Source of the DNA: Myxococcales bacterium | Lineage (GTDB): Bacteria; Myxococcota_A; Polyangia; Polyangiales; Houyiibacteriaceae | Assembly: GCA_029861865.1 (NCBI GenBank) | Contig: JAOTYL010000013.1 | Span: 5,995-69,994, forward strand | Direction: 5' to 3' | DNA length: 64,000 nucleotides | In this document: positions 63,416 to 64,000 of the stretch, piece by piece | Layout of the letters: every line of letters starts with the position of its first letter | Position numbering within the stretch: position 1 is the stretch's first letter | Program-made: the position numbers and the translations under genes | Notes under the pieces: generated by a model | What the model saw: only the letters and a program-made list of their open reading frames with translations | Told to the model about the DNA's origin: nothing | Databases searched by the model: none

Positions 63416-64000
63416 CTACCGGAAACGCAAATTGACGATTTTGGCTTTCACATACCCCTCGCTACCGGCGTAGTAGTCTTGGGCGTACAGCCAGGCATCC
63501 GGGTTACCCGTATCTTTGACTTCGGTGCCCGTCGCGCGAAGCGAGAACCCCATGTCTTTGTCGTCTCCCGACCAGATCTCCATCGGGAAATAGAGTGGGG
63601 CACCGACGTGCTCATCCAAAAATGGAGCTGTCCAATGCATGTCGGCGCGCTCGGGCTCCTGGGGCCCAGTGCTCTGGTCGTCGTCGGATTGGACGACCGC
63701 CTGATACAGGTCGACAGGCGCGGCGCTATCCCAATAGAGGTACGTCACTCGAACCTTGACTCGCGTAGCCGAACAGCCCCAGTAGAAGCAGCCGCCATTC
63801 CCGTGGAGCTTGAGCTCTGTACGGTCGCTCTGCTTTCTCATGGTGAGGTTGATCGAGCTTTGAAGTTCTCCTTCGCGTTGAATCGACATGATTTCTGGGA
63901 TCATGATCACATCCGGAGAGGATGCGTAACCCGGTGGGTAGTATGACTCTTGGGTATCAACCTGAGAGCCAACCACGGAGAGCTCGATGACTTCGCGTCT
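63416..64000 (-). CDS. Hypothetical protein, probably partial (the frame stays open to the right edge)
   Basis: The track ORF starts at GTG 63976, but the same frame has no stop up to position 64000 (RREVIELS precedes it). It ends 7 nt upstream of the RTX gene. No family recognised. Confidence 0.5.
   Translation of the reverse strand, partial: RREVIELSVVGSQVDTQESYYPPGYASSPDVIMIPEIMSIQREGELQSSINLTMRKQSDRTELKLHGNGGCFYWGCSATRVKVRVTYLYWDSAAPVDLYQAVVQSDDDQSTGPQEPERADMHWTAPFLDEHVGAPLYFPMEIWSGDDKDMGFSLRATGTEVKDTGNPDAWLYAQDYYAGSEGYVKAKIVNLRFR

Noticed and set aside
1-64000. Search for rRNA, tRNA, tmRNA, CRISPR arrays, IS elements, integrases, reverse transcriptases and recognisable phage-defence genes
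   Set aside because: I found no conserved RNA-gene motifs (for example a GGTTCGAATCC-type T-loop in a cloverleaf context). No transposase, integrase or RT motifs appear in any ORF of the track. The only toxin-type gene is doc. Visual scanning cannot exclude small RNAs.

Overview
This is a densely coding, high-GC bacterial chromosomal window. Most 60-nt lines I counted by hand are 63-72% GC, and two blocks sit nearer 47-55%. I can support about 56 protein-coding genes. I recognised no rRNA, tRNA, CRISPR array, transposase or integrase. The gene content suggests a Myxococcota/Bradymonadales-like organism, but that is inference only. It rests on Myxococcus-type cysteine-rich CVEC repeats, MopE-like CDxxDNDCD motifs, PEGA, FG-GAP, an AgmX/PglI-like lipoprotein, a PixB-like PilZ-PilZ-acetyltransferase, DUF1592/DUF1552/DUF1501 families and many lipoprotein signals. 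Blocks in order: (1) 1-8961 is a surface-glycan locus with PglC/PglD/PglE-like enzymes, glycosyltransferases, a methyltransferase and an ABC flippase-like exporter. (2) 9026-13187 is a DUF3604 / SurA-N-like / long HupE-UreJ operon. (3) 13194-29264 holds mixed housekeeping and envelope genes: PhoX-like phosphatase, Fe-SOD, crotonase, cNMP-domain GspE-type ATPase, thioredoxin-like lipoprotein, C69 peptidase, esterase, HIT, MoaB and an FG-GAP lipoprotein. (4) 29379-34355 holds a flippase-like::sulfatase-like fusion, Ppx/GppA and SixA. (5) 34416-42731 holds seven same-strand genes forming two 'CXXCH protein + Tat-signal phosphatase-superfamily protein' modules of unknown function. (6) 42752-46937 holds signalling genes, including a kinase-like protein whose phospho-acceptor His position is Glu and a dual-core hybrid kinase. 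(7) 46938-50869 is a lower-GC block with a PixB-like c-di-GMP receptor/acetyltransferase and a methyltransferase. (8) 50870-58903 has two paralogous orphan histidine kinases bracketing a tightly packed four-gene secreted/envelope operon. (9) 58990-64000 has an RHH-Doc toxin-antitoxin pair with a 3 x 10-bp palindromic operator-like repeat, a large secreted protein and a Sec-signal RTX-repeat protein. Blocks 5 and 8 are the best candidates for undescribed biology. From sequence inspection alone, nothing here can be assigned to a known defence system. All family assignments are motif recognition by eye, not database searches.
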